Below, piece by piece: positions 36,730-49,976 of a stretch of 64,000 bases of DNA. The notes below the pieces were generated by a model, which was not told where the DNA came from, made no database searches, and saw nothing but the letters and a program-made list of their open reading frames with translations. The stretch is from Eledone cirrhosa. Taxonomy: Eukaryota. The stretch covers positions 11,222,001 through 11,286,000 of the forward strand of contig OZ024743.1 in the NCBI GenBank assembly GCA_964016885.1, read 5' to 3'. A program made the translations under genes and the position numbers. Numbering within the stretch: position 1 is the first letter of the stretch; each line of letters opens with the position of its first letter.

Positions 36730-37280
36730 TTGTGATGAGTATCTGGCCATCACCAAACTGAGAAGCATTTACACCACAACGACCCCTCTCCCATAATGTA
36801 TTTACTAAAGGATGACCACACCTACTCAACATTTACAATGATGCAGTCTTAGCGTGTCCCTCCGCATCAACAGCTATGGCATGCTGAGACAATCATGCAG
36901 ATCATCTTGGCAGCAGATGGGCAGCCAAAACAGCGGGATGTAATCCTTCGAAGGAGTGAAGAGCATACGCTCCAATCTAGTCAGATGAAAACAAATCAAA
37001 TTATGATGGAGTTCTCTAGAGGAAATCATTAATGTAAAGGATGCTTTCATGAATTGCACAGCTTGTAAGCTGCCCCGCTTCCCAAATCCATCAGCGCCTT
37101 CTGATAACTTGCCAAGGGTTCTGCAAAGTTAACTTAACTTTGCAGGACCCTACTTCCCATCAATCTTTATACAGGATAGATATGTAAGAAGCACTCCCGT
37201 TGAAAAGGCTAGCACATTTGCTATCCATTTTGTTTCCAGCTCCACACTGCACACAGAAATTCTTCCCAAATTTCTCTTTT
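36730..37280 (+). mobile_element. Highly decayed CR1/Jockey-group LINE ORF2 fragment
   Basis: 37190-37250 translates STPVEKASTFAIHFVSSSTL, resembling the KA..FA..F.SNSTL linker between endonuclease and RT. Boundaries are uncertain. Confidence 0.4.
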
Positions 37281-37611
37281 TGGTTCTTCCTGTCTCACCC
37301 TCACGTATGACATGAAGTATAATCCCGATTTTTATACCGTTTATTGTATTGTATGGGCGATCCCTTGGTGATAATACAAGAAAAGATTACAGTTGTTGTT
37401 GGTATTAATATTATTATTAATAATACTATTATCATTATGGCGGTGGATTGACAGCGTCGGTAGAGTGTTTGACAACATGCTTTGAGTCATAAAGTTACGT
37501 CCCTTTACGTTCTTAGTTTAAATCCTGGGGATTATAGAGATAGTCAGAGAGAAATAGAGACAAAGAAGAAATGAATATGAATTATGAGTGTTTTTGGAAA
37601 TCCGGTACAAT

Positions 37612-37753
37612 CAGTGCCGGATTTCCATTGTGCTTAGGTGTGCTTAAGCACAGTGCCCCGTTAGCCAGAGGGACACATCTTTTAGTCCCCAAAAATGTTT
37701 ACGGTTGAATTTTTCAAATGTTTGGGACCTCATTTGTCCTAAATCCGGCACTG
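37612..37753. mobile_element. hAT-type MITE
   Basis: Perfect 13-bp TIR cagtgccggattt / aaatccggcactg, with 8-bp flanks ggtacaat / gatacaat. Confidence 0.8.
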
Positions 37754-38506
37754 GATACAATGCAAATTACATATACAAGAGTGAAAATCAGAGTACAGTA
37801 AAATATGAAGTCAAGTATGAAAAACAAAATAAAACAAAACAATGGTTTAAATGTTTGTTATTTATTACGATACACTACTCTAGTTTTCACTTATATAATT
37901 CTTATTTGCATTGTACTGGCTTTCCCAAAACAATCACAGTCACATATCTTACATGCTTCATATCAACTATACTCCTTCGAAAATATATCAAACATATTAA
38001 TGGCGATAAGTGACGACGGAAAAACGAACAGAGAGAGCGAGAAAAAGGGAGAGAGAGAAAGGAGAAGACAGTGTGAGGGAGAGAAGGGAGGGGAAAGATT
38101 ACCAATCATTTGTAAATTAATGCAAAATTAGCAGAATAATGTAATCGTATCCGAACTAAAATTGAAATAATAACACGCTAAAGTATAACACTTAATATAA
38201 GAAATTGCCTCGAGTTGGAATCATATATTTGTTGAATAAAACCGACCACAGTCAGGGCGTCTCGTTATAGGTGACCATAGGCTATTTCTCTCGGTATTTC
38301 ACTTAAAAACCAATTTGGATTTGAAATTGACCAAGGGTTACTTCGCTCTTCTTATTTTTATGTCTCGGTGTTTATTTATATGAATATATGTTTGAATGAA
38401 TATATGTTTGTTTATTTATATGCGTGAATGAATATAGTGTGCAAATGTATGTACATATTTATATACTCACATACTTATACAAACAGAGACACACACATAT
38501 ATACAC

Positions 38507-38553
<47 letters not shown>

Positions 38554-38735
38554 GGATTACCAAAAGACAAATCCTTGTGTCTGGAGTCACGATAACACGC
38601 GGTCGGTAAATAAATATATTTTTTATATTATCTAGTGAGTCTGGGGATTTCTTCTGTATTTGAATGAAACATATGTAAATCAATTAAATAATGTTGTAAT
38701 GTATTGAACTTTTATATGTGTATATTTTCGTTTTA

Positions 38736-41700
38736 TTGTTTCATTGGTTTAGACTGGCTCTCTCCATGTGTGAGTACCGTTGTTTCATTGGTTTAGACTG
38801 GCTCTCTCTCCATGTGTGAGTACCGTTGTTTCATTGGTTTAGTCTGGCTCTCTCTCCATGTGTGAGTACCGTTGTTTCATTGGTTTAGTCTGGCTCTCTC
38901 TCCATGTGTGAGTACCGTTGTTTCATTGGTTTAGTCAGGCTCTCTCCATGTGTGAGTACCGTTGTTTCATTGGTTTAGACTGGCTCTCTCTCCATGTGTG
39001 AGTACCGTTGTTTCATTGGTTTAGTCTGGCTCTCTCTCCATGTGTGAGTACCGTTGTTTCATTGGTTTAGTCTGGCTCTCTCTCCATGTGTGAGTACCGC
39101 TGTTTCATTGGTTTAGTCTGGCTCTCTCTCCGTGTGTGAGTACCGTTGTTTCATTGGTTTAGTCTGGCTCTCTCTCCATGTGTGAGTACCGTTGTTTCAT
39201 TGGTTTAGTCTGGCTCTCTCTCCGTGTGTGAGTACCGTTGTTTCATTGATTTAGTATGACTCTCTCTCCGTGTGTGAGTACCGTTGTTTCATTGGTTTAG
39301 TCAGGCTCTCTCCATGTGTGAGTACCGTTGTTTCATTGGTTTAGTCTGGCTCTCTCCATGTGTGAGTACCATTGTTTCATTGGTTTAGACTGGCTCTCTC
39401 TCCATGTGTGAGTACCGTTGTTTCATTGGTTTAGTCTGGCTCTCTCTCCATGTGTGAGAACCGTTGTTTCATTGGTTTAGTCTGGCTCTCTCTCCATGTG
39501 TGAGGACCGTTGTTTCATTGGTTTAGTATGGCTCTCTCTCCATGTGTGAGTACCGTTGTTTCATTGGTTTAGTCTGGCTCTCTCTCCATGTGTGAGTACC
39601 GTTGTTTCATTGGTTTAGTCTGGCTATCTCTCCATGTGTGAGTACCGTTGTTTCATTGGTTTAGTCTGGCTCTCTCTCCATGTGTGAGGACCGTTGTTTC
39701 ATTGGTTTAGTATGGCTCTCTCTCCGTGTGTGAGTACCGTTGTTTCATTGGTTTAGTCAGGCTCTCTCCATGTGTGAGTACCATTGTTTCATTGGTTTAG
39801 ACTGGCTCTCTCTCCATGTGTGAGTACCGTTGTTTCATTGGTTTAGACTGGCTCTCTCCATGTGTGAGTACCATTGTTTCATTGGTTTAGACTGGCTCTC
39901 TCTCCATGTGTGAGTACCGTTGTTTCATTGGTTTAGTCTGGCTCTCTCTCCATGTGTGAGGACCGTTGTTTCATTGGTTTAGTATGGCTCTCTCTCCGTG
40001 TGTGAGTACCGTTGTTTCATTGGTTTAGTCAGGCTCTCTCCATGTGTGAGTACCATTGTTTCATTGGTTTAGACTGGCTCTCTCTCCATGTGTGAGTACC
40101 GTTGTTTCATTGGTTTAGACTGGCTCTCTCCATGTGTGAGTACCATTGTTTCATTGGTTTAGACTGGCTCTCTCTCCATGTGTGAGTACCGTTGTTTCAT
40201 TGGTTTAGTCTGGCTCTCTCTCCATGTGTGAGTAACGTTGTTTCATTGGTTTAGTCTGGCTCTCTCTCCATGTGTGAGTACCGTTGTTTCATTGGTTTAG
40301 TCTGGCTCTCTCTCCATGTGTGAGTACCGTTGTTTCATTGGTTTAGTCTGGCTCTCTCTCCATGTGTGATTAACGTTGTTTCATTGGTTTAGTCTGGCTC
40401 TCTCTCCATGTGTGATTAACGTTGTTTCATTGGTTTAGACTGGCTCTCTCTCCATGTGTGATTAACGTTGTTTCATTGGTTTAGTCTGGCTCTCTCTCCA
40501 TGTGTGAGTACCGTTGTTTCATTGGTTTAGTCTGGCTCTCTCTCCATGTGTGATTAACGTTGTTTCATTGGTTTAGTCTGGCTCTCTCTCCATGTGTGAT
40601 TAACGTTGTTTCATTGGTTTAGTCTGGCTCTCTCCATGTGTGAGTACCGTTGTTTCATTGGTTTAGTCTGGCTCTCTCTCCGTGTGTGATTAACGTTGTT
40701 TCATTGGTTTAGTCTGGCTCTCTCTCCATGTGTGATTAACGTTGTTTCATTGGTTTAGTCTGGCTCTCTCTCCATGTGTGAGTACCGTTGTTTCATTGGT
40801 TTAGTCTGGCTCTCTCTCCATGTGTGATTAACGTTGTTTCATTGGTTTAGTCTGGCTCTCTCTCCATGTGTGATTAACGTTGTTTCATTGGTTTAGACTG
40901 GCTCTCTCTCCATGTGTGAGTACCGTTGTTTCATTGGTTTAGACTGGCTCTCTCTCCATGTGTGAGGACCGTTGTTTCATTGGTTTAGTCTGGCTTTCTC
41001 TCCATGTGTGAGTACCGTTGTTTCATTGGTTTAGTCAGGCTCTCTCCATGTGTGAGTACCGTTGTTTCATTGGTTTAGTCTGGCTCTCTCCATGTGTGAG
41101 TACCGTTGTTTCATTGGTTTAGACTGGCTCTCTCCATGTGTGAGTAACGTTGTTTCATTGGTTTAGACTGGCTCTCTCCATGTGTCAGTAACGTTGTTTC
41201 ATTTGTTTAGACTGGCTCTCTCTCCATGTGTGAGTACCGTTGTTTCATTGGTTTAGTCTGGCTCTCTCTCCATGTGTCAGTAACGTTGTTTCATTGGTTT
41301 AGTCAGGCTCTCTCTGTGTGTGAGTACCGTTGTTTCATTGGTTTAGTCAGGCTCTCTCTCCATGTGTGAGTACCGTTGTTTCATTGGTTTAGTCTGGCTC
41401 TCTCCATGTGTGAGTACCGTTGTTTCATTGGTTTAGTCTGGCTCTCTCCATGTGTGAGTACCGTTGTTTCATTGGTTTAGTCTGGCTCTCTCTCCATGTG
41501 TGAGTACCGTTGTTTCATTGGTTTAGACTGGCTCTCTCACCGTGTGTGAGTACCGTTGTTTCATTGGTTTAGACTGGCTCTCTCTCCATGGGTGAGTACC
41601 GTTGTTTCATTGGTTTAGACTGGCTCTCTCTCCATGTGTGAGTACCGTTGTTTCATTGGTTTAGACTGGCTCTCTCCATGCGTGAGTAACGTTGTTTCAT

Positions 41701-43205
41701 TGGTTTAGTCTGGCTCTCTCTCCATGTGTGAGTACCGTTGTTTCATTGGTTTAGTCTGGCTCTCTCTCCATGTGTCAGTAACGTTGTTTCATTGGTTTAG
41801 TCTGGCTCTCTCTCCATGTGTCAGTAACGTTGTTTCATTGGTTTAGACTGGCTCTCTCCATGTGTGAGTACCGTTGTTTCATTGGTCTAGACTGGCTCTC
41901 TCTCCATGTGTGAGTACCGTTGTTTCATTGGTCTAGACTGGCTCTCTCCGTGTGTGAGTAACGTTGTTTCATTGGTTTAGACTGGCTCTCTCCATGTGTG
42001 AGTAACGTTGTTTCATTGGTTTAGACTGGCTCTCTCCATGTGTGATTAACGTTGTTTCATTGGTTTAGACTGGCTCTCTCTCCATGTGTGAATACCGTTG
42101 TTTCATTGGTTTAGTCTGGCTCTCTCCATGTGTGAGTAACGTTGTTTCATTGGTTTAGTCTGGCTCTCTCCATGTGTGAGTAACGTTGTTTCATTGGTTT
42201 AGACTGGCTCTCTCCATGTGTGAGTAATGTTGTTTCATTGGTTTAGACTGGCTCTCTCCATGTGTGAGTAACGTTGTTTCATTGGTTTAGACTGGCTCTC
42301 TCTCCATGTGTGAGTACCGTTGTTTCATTGGTTTAGTCTGGCTCTCTCCATGTGTGAGTAACGTTGTTTCATTGGTTTAGTCTGGCTCTCTCCATGTGTG
42401 AGTAACGTTGTTTCATTGGTTTAGACTGGCTCTCTCCATGTGTGAGTAACGTTGTTTCATTGGTTTAGACTGGCTCTCTCTCCATGTGTGAGTACCGTTG
42501 TTTCATTGGTTTAGTCTGGCTCTCTCCATGTGTGAGTAACGTTGTTTCATTGGTTTAGTCTGGCTCTCTCCATGTGTGAGTAACGTTGTTTCATTGGTTT
42601 AGACTGGCTCTCTCCATGTGTGAGTAACGTTGTTTCATTGGTTTAGACTGGCTCTCTCTCCATGTGTGAGTAACGTTGTTTCATTGGTTTAGTCTGGCTC
42701 TCTCCATGTGTGAGTAACGTTGTTTCATTGGTTTAGTCTGGCTCTCTCCATGTGTGAGTAACGTTGTTTCATTGGTTTAGACTGGCTCTCTCCATGTGTG
42801 AGTAACGTTGTTTCATTGGTTTAGACTGGCTCTCTCCATGTGTGAGTAACGTTGTTTCATTGGTTTAGACTGGCTCTCTCTCCATGTGTGAGTACCGTTG
42901 TTTCATTGGTTTAGTCTGGCTCTCTCCATGTGTGAGTAACGTTGTTTCATTGGTTTAGTCTGGCTCTCTCCATGTGTGAGTAACGTTGTTTCATTGGTTT
43001 AGACTGGCTCTCTCCATGTGTGAGTAACGTTGTTTCATTGGTTTAGACTGGCTCTCTCCATGTGTGAGTAACGTTGTTTCATTGGTTTAGACTGGCTCTC
43101 TCCATGTGTGAGTAACGTTGTTTCATTGGTTTAGACTGGCTCTCTCCATGTGTGAGTAACGTTGTTTCATTGGTTTAGACTGGCTCTCTCCATGTGTGAG
43201 TACCG
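38736..43205. repeat. Satellite array of roughly 100 units of 44/46 bp
   Basis: Unit gttgtttcattggtttag(a/t)ctggctctc(tc)tccatgtgtgagta(c/a)c. Successive starts at 38779 and 38825. Confidence 0.98.
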
Positions 43206-43559
43206 CCATAAAGACGATGTTTTAATAACCAATCTAGTCTTTTTAACTTAGCCGTTCAATTGTTAACTCATTGGCTATTTATTTAAACCCAATGCAAAAT
43301 ATGAAGCCACTACAATAAACTATCATCATATAATTATATTATAGAACAGAGTACCCGAAATATTCAGATAATACCAATATCGGCGTCCTCCTCTTCCTCC
43401 TCCTCCTTCTTCTTCTTCTTCACCCACTCAATCATGTGAGGATGGTGGGGACAGAGTCCTCAGACACACTTTCTTGGGAGTTCTATCAGAAGCAACCACC
43501 TCCAAATGATGCAGCTAACGAGACCAATAGAGATTATGATTGTTATCCGCCCATCTTTC

Positions 43560-43965
43560 TGGCTCTCCTGCCGGTTCCCTTTGCCGTTAAATCAGTCAAG
43601 CAATTCTTTCCTTAAACATGTATAACCACTTGCCTGTAGTACCTGGACCGTGACCTCTTGATACAGAGAACTAGGGGTTCTGCCTGAAGCGACTCTCTGA
43701 TCTCCGAGTTACTCACCCTTTAGAGTGACGTTATCCAGAGACCCTTCAGTCGCTTGTATTCGTGATTGTATTCTTTCCATCATTACCCAAGATTTATGAC
43801 ATAAGGGTAGACACAGATACAGAATTGAAGATAGTGAGATTAACTTTTACAAATACGTCCTTTCTTCTTCTTCACATTATTACACGAGATTCAGCAATTC
43901 TTGCATTTAATTCTCTTTCTTGGCTTTCATCACTCGTGAACTTTTCGGCTTGCTTCAGTATATCT
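43560..43965 (-). mobile_element. Decayed RTE-type LINE fragment
   Basis: FTSDESQERELNARIAESRVIM resembles the post-RT FTSDG...EID.RI motif. Boundaries are uncertain. Confidence 0.45.
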
Positions 43966-44354
43966 CCACTCACATGCAGAATGTACTGCGCGGGTGTCTC
44001 GGGGGACATTAACTTCCGGCGAGTTAAATAGAACAATGTCGTTTGTAAATTCCAGCCGACTGATACTACACCCATCGATTTTGACCCCACTTCCATTTCG
44101 CTGCTCATGTTAATCCTATTTACGAAGATTAAGAATGGGAGAGGTATCAATATGCAGAGTCTGACATCTACATCGGAAGGTTATGACTTAGCACTATTTA
44201 TCCAAACACAAATAGTAGGACTTTCGATTATCACCAAAATATATTTTCTACGTAAGTCTGAAGAGTAACAAGTGTCTTTTCAACCTCTTGTTAATTGTGG
44301 ATCCTGTTATTGTGTTTAACCTTCTGTTTCTCGTCCTGCCGAATGGTTAGACAG

Positions 44355-44566
44355 ATAATGATTTCTACTATAGCCAAAAGGCAAGCAGCCTCGGGGGAAG
44401 GGAAAGTCAATTAAATCGACCCCAGTGCATCACTGGTGCTTCATTTTATCGACCCCGTAAGGATGAAAGGCAAAGCAAACCTCAGTGGGATGTGGACTCA
44501 GAATGTAAAGGCTCGTAACTAGATGCTGCAAAGCGTGGCATCCGACACTCTACTCATATTGCCAAT
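44355..44566 (-). mobile_element. SINE family A copy
   Basis: aatcgaccccagt..tttatcgaccccgtaaggatgaaaggcaaag shared with the other copies. Confidence 0.75.
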
Positions 44567-44655
44567 AAAGATATAAATTTTAAAAATTCAAACGTTTTTA
44601 AATTGCCAAAAAATGTTAGAATTGTTTATCTGTTTATCGTAAATCTATGTTGTTT

Positions 44656-45827
44656 ACCTCATATCAACATCGTACACACAATCAGCACCTATATCATATA
44701 CAACCCACTAAACATACCTCATAACAACAACACCGTACACACAATCAGCACCTATATCATATACAACCCACTAAACATACCTCATAACAACATCGTACAC
44801 ACAATCAGCACCTACATCATATACAACCCACTAAACATACCTCATAACAACAACACCGTACACACAATCAGCACCTACATCATATACAACCCACTAAACA
44901 TACCTCATAACAACATCGTACACACAATCAGCACCTACATCATATACAACCCACTAAACATACCTCATAACAACAACACCGTACACACAATCAGCACCTA
45001 CATCATATACAACCCACTAAACATACCTCATATCAACATCGTACACACAATCAGCACCTACATCATATACAACCCACTAAACATACCTCATATCAACATC
45101 GTACACACAATCAGCACCTACATCATATACAACCCACTAAACATACCTCATATCAACAACATCGTACACACAATCAGCACCTACATCATATACAACCCAC
45201 TAAACATACCTCATAACAACAACATCGTACACACAATCACCACCTACATCATATACAACCCACTAAACATACCTCATATCAACATCGTACACACAATCAG
45301 CACCTACATCATATACAACCCACTAAACATACCTCATATCAACATCGTACACACAATCAGCACCTACATCATATACAACCCACTAAACATACCTCATAAC
45401 AACAACATCGTACACACAATCAGCACCTACATCATATACAACCCACTAAACATACCTCATATCAACATCGTACACACAATCAGCACCTACATCATATACA
45501 ACCCACTAAACATACCTCATAACAACAACATCGTACACACAATCAGCACCTACATCATATACAACCCACTAAACATACCTCATATCAACAACATCGTACA
45601 CACAATCAGCACCTACATCATATACAACCCACTAAACATACCTCATATCAACATCGTACACACAATCAGCACCTACATCATATACAACCCACTAAACATA
45701 CCTCATAACAACAACATCGTACACACAATCACCACCCACATCATATACAACCCACTAAACATACCTCATAACAACATCGTACACACAATCACCACCCACA
45801 TCATATACAACCCACTAAACATACCTA
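44656..45827. repeat. Minisatellite of 19 units of 60/63 bp
   Basis: Unit cctcat(atc/aac)aac(aac)atcgtacacacaatcagcacctacatcatatacaacccactaaacata. Units counted from the translated repeat. Confidence 0.97.
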
Positions 45828-46017
45828 ATTAAAATAGGTGTAACAGATATACTCTCCCTTTCCTTCTAGCTATCTCTTTTCTCACACACACATTATCGGT
45901 CTCTTTCTTTCTCCCCCCCCCCCCCCCCCTCCCCTCTCTCTTCTTTTCACTCTCCCGTCATACTTGCTTACTATTTCTTTTTCTCTTTTAGTTGTTTTGT
46001 TTTCAACAATTGTTATT

Positions 46018-46218
46018 ATAATGATTTCTACTATAGGCACCAGGCCAGCAATTTTGGGGGAGGGGAAAGTCGATTAAATCGACCCTAGTACATTACTGGT
46101 GCTTTATTTTATCGACTCCGTAATCTCGGCGGGATTTGAACTCAGACCATAAAGGGGCGTAACTCTATGCTGCATAGCATGGCGTCCGACTCTTTTCTAA
46201 TACTGCCAATCCACCAAT
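46018..46218 (-). mobile_element. SINE family A copy
   Basis: Same domains plus gggatttgaactc (B box on the minus strand). Confidence 0.75.
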
Positions 46219-46219
46219 T

Positions 46220-46262
<43 letters not shown>

Positions 46263-46521
46263 TTTCTTTATTAACCACAAGGGTTTACATAAAGTAGACA
46301 TTAAGGACAGTGCAGGACAATGCAGGACGGTACAAATGGGCATTTCTGCGTGTAAAAAACAAAAACAGAGGATGTAACAAAAATAACAATGAAAATAACA
46401 ATGAAAAATTCCCCAATAGGGGGGAGACTTCGGAGGGACATTTGTGGAGAAAGCCCAGTAAAAAGCCACAATGACCCTGACCACCAAGGCAAGTGCCCTC
46501 TCCCAGTTTTCCACCTTTAGT

Positions 46522-49500
46522 TTACAGATATATACTCAGAGTCGGCCCATTCACTCGGGCCATTCTTGCTTCTCTCACCCATCTTTCAACAAAATGCTGG
46601 GAAGAGAGCACTTCCCTCTCTACTCTGATTTTCCTTTTCAAATGAAATTTGAAAAAGTCAATCAGAGCATCACCGAAGAGGTAAGTGCTCGTCTTCAGCC
46701 CTTTCAAACGTGTCCACCATACTATCTCTTTCGCCATGGCCACCAGACAGATAAAAACTGCCTGCCCTTCCCGGCTAAAGGAGGAGGGCGGGGCAATCCT
46801 CACGATAGACTCAGATGATAGCTGGATCCGTCCTAAACGCGACAGCAGGTGTTCGACATAAACCCACAAGTCAGCAATTTTCGGACACTGGACGAGTGCG
46901 TGCAGGACGGTTTCGTCGCCCTGCGCGCATCTCGGACATGCCCGGCTGACGGCACCTCCATGCCTGTAGAGTTTATCCCGAACTGGCAAGGCTCCTCGGT
47001 AGCACTGCCAGGCCAGAGATTTCTGGAAGTTGTCCATAGGCCCTGGCCCGAAAGTTCTTCCGAAGAGATTGGCTAGTTGATTTTCGTCGACGCCTAGAGT
47101 TTCCCCAAGTACGTCGTCGCTCTTCCCCTCCACTAATCCTCTATAGAACGCCGAGGTGGAGTTTCCACCGATCACATTGCCCGATTGGTCGAGGGCTGTG
47201 AGCGCCTGAAGACATTCCAGTCTCCAGGCGCTCCCTCTCGGTCTTCGCTTGACCCAGGACTGCAGCTCCGTCAAGGAAACGAGCTGGGGAAAAACGCGTC
47301 TAGCAAACGGCGACCACACCTGATCACCGTCGAGGAAGAGGTGGAGATGTCGTAGCCTGAGCGCGTGCCTGCGCATCATCAGCCACGGCATGCCCAGCCC
47401 TCCACGTAGCGGGTGTTGACAACAGATGGACCGCCTGACCATCGGAGCACGTCCCTTCCACAAAAAGCGAAAGAGCAAACGCTCCAGCGCAGTCAGGCGA
47501 GGCTTAGGACAAGGTACGACGGTTAGGCGGTAGCAGATGACAGACGCGATGTACGCGTTAGCCACCTCCGCTCGACCTTTCAGGGATAGCTTCCTCTCCG
47601 CCCATTTCTGGGTGAGAGAAGCCACCCTGCTCGTCACCTCGTCCCAGTTTTTGTCCGTCTGGAGGTCCGGACCGAACCAGACCCCTAGCAATTTAACCGG
47701 TCCGTCCGTCCAGCGCCCGACGACGCTGTTGGACGGCATGGACCTGCCTCTCCAGGTGCCGAGCTGCAGGCCCACTGACTTTTCCTGGTTGATCATTGCT
47801 CCTGTCACCGCTTCGTATTCTCTTAGTGTAGTGCCGATCGCCTCGATGTGTTTGGCGTTCGACACCACTACGGTGACATCGTCCGCATATGCTGACACGG
47901 ATCTTCCGCATCCTAGTTCGCACGGGACTCCCCTCAACGTCTCCAGTTTGTGCAGTAATGGCTCGAGAGTCAATACGTACAAGAGGGACGAGAGGGGACA
48001 TCCTTGGCGGACCGAGCGCATGACGTTGAACGGTTCCGACAGGTGACCGTTCACTCTCACCACAGAGCAGATGTCGCTGTGCATGGCAGCGATCCAGCCT
48101 CTGAAGACGGGCCCAAAGCCAGCCGCCCTCAGGACTGCCGCTAGGTAACGATGGTCGACCCTATCGAAAGCTTTCGACTGATCTAAATTGATCAAGGACC
48201 CACCCGTGCCAGGTTCCCTAGCTACCCTCTCTACGATGTATCGCATGAGGTGGAGGTTGTCGTGGATGGATCTGTCGGGAATGGCGCATGTCTGCGCCTC
48301 TCCCACCAGACCACCAACGACAAGCGCCAACCTCTTTGCTAGCACCTTGGCCAAAATCTTAAACTCTGTGTTTAGCAGAGTTATGGGCCGGAAATTGTCT
48401 ATGTTATCCCCCTTGTTCGGATCCTTTCTCAGCAGTGCCACCGCTCCTCGGCTCACAGAACTGGGAATTCTCCCGTTCTGTTGCCAGTTGCAGTAGACGT
48501 CCGCTAAGAGGCCTCCGAACAAGTCTGGCATCTGTACGTAAAGTTCATAGGGCAGACCATCCAAACCAGGCGATTTACCCCTTGTGCAGCCAGTCATTGC
48601 CTCCCTTACTTCAGCGGCTGTTATCGGCTTTTCGCAACACTTCGCCTCAGTGGCCGAGAGCCGCGGCAGTCCGTCGAGGTAGACACTAAAGTCCATCCCT
48701 CTACCCGGCCCCCCGCTGCCCCCGAACAGCTGAGCGAAGTGTCGCTGAAAAGCTTCACACATTTGCCCGGGATCGAGTAGCATGCGCCCGTCGTGGTCCA
48801 CCAAAGACCGGATCGTGGCTTTGTTGCCACGACGCGCCTCCGCCACTCGGGCCCATTGAACGGCTTTCGTCCCCTCGTGTCTGAGAGCACGCACCCTAGC
48901 TCTGACAACGCAGCCTTCGTGCTTTGCATTGAAGAATTGGTCAAGGGCCAATTTCGCCGCAAGCACGTCGGTCGCAATGCCTTTGCTAAGCGCCTCGTCT
49001 AATTTTCTAACTAGTTCTCCCTCTGCTCTATTTTTCTCTATTGCTAAAGCCTTACTAAACCTAATCGATTCTATTCTAATCGCTCTTTTCAGAGCAAACC
49101 ACCACTTGTTGTTGACGATGGCCCCCGTCAACGCCCGCTTAACTAGTTCGCTAATCCGGTCTCTGTAGGCCTTGCGCGCTGGTAAGGACGCGTTTAGCTT
49201 CCAGTAGCCGGGTCCTTGTCTATGAAGCCTATCTAAGTCAAGCACACAGGTCACGAATTTGTGGTCCGTGTAGCTGACTATCTTGAATTGTGGACAGCCT
49301 ATGCTAGACCTATCTATTTCCCTACAAAATACTCTATCTAGATATGATCTGGATGACCCTATGCGGTTTGTCCAAGTCCACATTGGCACATTCGGGAAAT
49401 CCAATCGGTACCTGTCAGACAGTTCAAAACGCCTGAGCAGGTTGGTGAGGCTCTTGCACCCTCCACCCCTATCCGCTAATCCCACACAGTCCCAGCGTGC

Positions 49501-49941
49501 ATCTAAGATCCCGTTCCAGTCGCCCACTAACACTAAAGAGCGGGACGTTCCAAGAAAGGTCTCCAGACGCCGGAAGAAATCAGGCCGCCCTGCTCCTGTC
49601 GGGGCATAGACGGCCACTAGCCTGAAAGCTTGCCCGTCTCCGCTGGTCACGTCCAGCACCACCAGCTTACCCTCTGGGTCCAGGAAGATGGCCCATATGG
49701 CGAGATCCAAACCTCTCCGAAAAAGCACAGCAACTCCTCCACCCGATCCAGGACGGCTGGGAGATGCGTACACATCGTAGCCGCCGAAGATCGGTGCGAA
49801 GGCCCGTGCTTCGGAGATTCTGGTCTCGCTGATGGCCACTACATCTATGTTTAGTGACCTGAGGTCGTTGAGCAGGTGACCCTGCTTCCATGACGACCCC
49901 AAGCCACGCGCATTTATGCTGCCTATTCTGAGTGAGGTCAT
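46522..49941 (-). CDS. ORF2 APE-RT-zinc finger, 1139 aa, intact
   Basis: NARGL, SET, GDWN, YLDR, YTDH; QGCPLS, YADD; CPRC..ETVLHALVQC. Confidence 0.95.
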   Translation of the reverse strand: MTSLRIGSINARGLGSSWKQGHLLNDLRSLNIDVVAISETRISEARAFAPIFGGYDVYASPSRPGSGGGVAVLFRRGLDLAIWAIFLDPEGKLVVLDVTSGDGQAFRLVAVYAPTGAGRPDFFRRLETFLGTSRSLVLVGDWNGILDARWDCVGLADRGGGCKSLTNLLRRFELSDRYRLDFPNVPMWTWTNRIGSSRSYLDRVFCREIDRSSIGCPQFKIVSYTDHKFVTCVLDLDRLHRQGPGYWKLNASLPARKAYRDRISELVKRALTGAIVNNKWWFALKRAIRIESIRFSKALAIEKNRAEGELVRKLDEALSKGIATDVLAAKLALDQFFNAKHEGCVVRARVRALRHEGTKAVQWARVAEARRGNKATIRSLVDHDGRMLLDPGQMCEAFQRHFAQLFGGSGGPGRGMDFSVYLDGLPRLSATEAKCCEKPITAAEVREAMTGCTRGKSPGLDGLPYELYVQMPDLFGGLLADVYCNWQQNGRIPSSVSRGAVALLRKDPNKGDNIDNFRPITLLNTEFKILAKVLAKRLALVVGGLVGEAQTCAIPDRSIHDNLHLMRYIVERVAREPGTGGSLINLDQSKAFDRVDHRYLAAVLRAAGFGPVFRGWIAAMHSDICSVVRVNGHLSEPFNVMRSVRQGCPLSSLLYVLTLEPLLHKLETLRGVPCELGCGRSVSAYADDVTVVVSNAKHIEAIGTTLREYEAVTGAMINQEKSVGLQLGTWRGRSMPSNSVVGRWTDGPVKLLGVWFGPDLQTDKNWDEVTSRVASLTQKWAERKLSLKGRAEVANAYIASVICYRLTVVPCPKPRLTALERLLFRFLWKGRAPMVRRSICCQHPLRGGLGMPWLMMRRHALRLRHLHLFLDGDQVWSPFARRVFPQLVSLTELQSWVKRRPRGSAWRLECLQALTALDQSGNVIGGNSTSAFYRGLVEGKSDDVLGETLGVDENQLANLFGRTFGPGPMDNFQKSLAWQCYRGALPVRDKLYRHGGAVSRACPRCAQGDETVLHALVQCPKIADLWVYVEHLLSRLGRIQLSSESIVRIAPPSSFSREGQAVFICLVAMAKEIVWWTRLKGLKTSTYLFGDALIDFFKFHLKRKIRVEREVLSSQHFVERWVREARMARVNGPTLSIYL

Positions 49942-49976
49942 GTTTAAAATAGAGTGGAAAAGATGGGAAAGACCAC

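Noticed and set aside
38736-43205. CRISPR-like regular array
   Set aside because: The units are contiguous with no unique spacers, there are no cas genes, and the context is eukaryotic. It is a satellite.
44603-45832. 409-aa repetitive ORF
   Set aside because: It starts at TTG. It stays open only because the unit lengths (60/63) are multiples of three and the unit has no stop in that frame. There is no other sign of coding.
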